From positions 10,903-74,902 of the forward strand of contig CBDBHI010000028.1 in assembly GCA_965205595.1 (NCBI GenBank): 64,000 nucleotides of DNA. Reading direction: 5' to 3'. The translations under genes were made by a program, and so were the position numbers. The DNA comes from Bryobacterales bacterium (GTDB lineage: Bacteria > Acidobacteriota > Terriglobia > Bryobacterales > UBA6623). Every line of letters begins with the position of its first letter. Positions within the stretch are counted from its first letter, which is position 1. Below the pieces are notes generated by a model that saw nothing but the letters and a program-made list of their open reading frames with translations, did no database searches and was not told the DNA's origin. Positions 62,372-64,000 of the stretch are shown piece after piece.

Positions 62372-63344
62372 CTAGCCTTGCGTCAAGTAGATAATTACGA
62401 AATAGACTAATTCGTTGGTTAGGGACATCTGATAGTCCGGCTGGATTCGCTGGACGGTCGCGGGAACAACTTGAGCGTCGTCCTCGCGATAATAGATGCA
62501 GAGCGCGAGCTTGGGCTTGAACCGCTCAAGCGTATTGCGTGAGCCCTCAAGGGCATCCCTCTCGGCGCCCTCGATGTCTAATTTGATGAAATCGACGCTA
62601 CGCAGGTCGAGCGATTCGACCGTGTCGTCCAAGGTGACCGCCTCGACTTCGAGCGTGCCCCCACTCGACACCGTCCCCCGCGCCGATTCGTGCCCGCCCG
62701 TGTCTATAGAAAATTTGAGCGTCCCCGGCTCGTGCCATAGTGCCGCCTGTATTAGGATCACTCTGCCGGCGTCAATCTCTTGGCGAAAACGTTGTGCGCA
62801 GGCAATCCGCGTTGGTAGGCTCCGGTTCGAAAGCAATGACTTTACTAGCGCCCTTGCGCAGAGCGTTAAGGGTGAACGTGCCGAGGTGCGCCCCGCCGTC
62901 GACAACGATGTCGCCTTCGGCAACGGACGCACCCTCAAAACTGTAGATATTGCGGTCAACCTGCTCGCGGAACAGAAACTCCAAGAGATCGTCGTCGACA
63001 ATTCGGCTGTGGATCTCACCGAATGGCGTATCGAACACGACGGGACAAGGGCCGGATGGGTCGCGGTGACTGTAACGGACAACGCCGCTGACCAAGCCAC
63101 CGGTTATCTCATCGGAATAATTCGATCTCAAGACCTTTGGAATCTGAGCCACGAGTACGGCCAGCCATGAATACTCGGGCAACTCTCCGCGGAGTTTGAG
63201 CTTGAGCGTGTCGATTCGCCGCTGCCCCTTAGGAGATAACAGGGCGACGACCGCGATAACGGCAAGCGCCGCAATAGACAGCTTAGTGATTCGTTTATAT
63301 CGACACGCGCCGCGTTGCCAAACGCGATGGAACCCAAAATGCAC
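62372..63344 (-). pseudogene. FkbM family methyltransferase, frameshifted, 3' end running into the IS1595 IR (start uncertain)
   Basis: VVDGGAHLG, FEPEP in one frame and VDFIKLDIEGAE in another; extra base in A run 62786-62789. Confidence 0.85.
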
Positions 63345-63435
63345 CTTCAAACTACCATGCAAGACGTGTTGGTATGCTCGTCGTTGGTCTGCTGATTCAC
63401 GGGAGTCGCGCCACGCCTCCCGAGGAACGGGCGAT

Positions 63436-64000
63436 TTGCAAGTGAGAGAAACGGGTTCTGAATTAGCGACAGGCCATCGGGCGCTTCTATACCTGTGCTG
63501 GCTCGTGGCCACTGCTTTGGGCGGCTGGCACGCCTGGGTTTCGCGGCACGTCATGTCGATGGACGGAGTCTGTTATATCGACATGGGCGAGGCCTACCTC
63601 GAAGGCAAGTGGGACACCGCGATCAACGGCCTTTGGAGTCCTCTGTACTCGTGGCTGATCGGCGTGCTGTTCGCTTTGGCTAAGCCCGGGCCGACGTGGG
63701 AGTTTCCGCTGGTGCATGTGGTCAACTTCCTGACGTACTTGGCGTCACTCACAGCATTCCATTTCCTGCTGTGCCAGTTTCTTGAGGATCGGCAGGACGC
63801 CGGTCAGTCTGGCGCGAAAACGATCGGAGTTCCGCGGTGGACCTGGATCGGATTGGGATACGGATTCTTCACCTGGGCGGCGCTGACCATGGTCACAGTG
63901 AGAGACGCGACGCCCGACCTTTGCGTCGCTGCTTGCGTTTTTGTCATTTGCGCGCTGTTGATGAAAGTTCGACGTGGTGCGGCGACTCGGCAGACCTTTG
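63436..64000 (+). CDS. Polytopic membrane protein, GT-C glycosyltransferase-like (3'-truncated by window)
   Basis: MSMDGVCYIDMGEAYLEG...INGLWSPLYSWL...TPDL with multiple TM helices. Confidence 0.7.
   Translation, partial: MQVRETGSELATGHRALLYLCWLVATALGGWHAWVSRHVMSMDGVCYIDMGEAYLEGKWDTAINGLWSPLYSWLIGVLFALAKPGPTWEFPLVHVVNFLTYLASLTAFHFLLCQFLEDRQDAGQSGAKTIGVPRWTWIGLGYGFFTWAALTMVTVRDATPDLCVAACVFVICALLMKVRRGAATRQTF

Larger units (their letters stand above)
60380..62399 (+). mobile_element. IS1595-family element with passenger ORFs
   Basis: IRs CGTAATCATATACTTGACACAAGG / CCTTGCGTCAAGTAGATAATTACG; AT-richer than flanks; no TSD seen. Confidence 0.88.

Overview
GC-rich bacterial chromosomal segment. 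It most resembles Acidobacteria (Bryobacterales/Solibacter-like), judging by a TIGR03437-like C-terminal domain, a DUF6152 operon and an act-caa3 operon. Housekeeping and accessory genes include murA, fabH, cysK with an Rrf2 regulator, rimO, a P450, a sulfatase, a TIR protein and an H1-like protein. A complete alternative complex III plus caa3 oxidase operon (21.3-34.4 kb, minus strand) carries three separate lesions: a nonsense codon in actA, an IS630 in actB, and an in-frame deletion removing the CuB histidines of coxA. Six mobile elements are present: two related DDE/rve IS copies with 4-bp target duplications, an IS630, an IS1595 with passenger ORFs, and two IS91-like (Y2/HUH) elements. 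The first IS91-like element encodes an integron-integrase-like tyrosine recombinase. The most striking observation concerns these two IS91-like elements. When each element's right end is joined to its left end, the junction folds into the same long hairpin, with compensatory base changes, a conserved 5-nt ACTCA bulge and a conserved C-C mismatch. This suggests rolling-circle ssDNA circles integrated through a folded, attC/CTX-attP-like site. A candidate structured ncRNA of about 260 nt lies at 20.84-21.10 kb.
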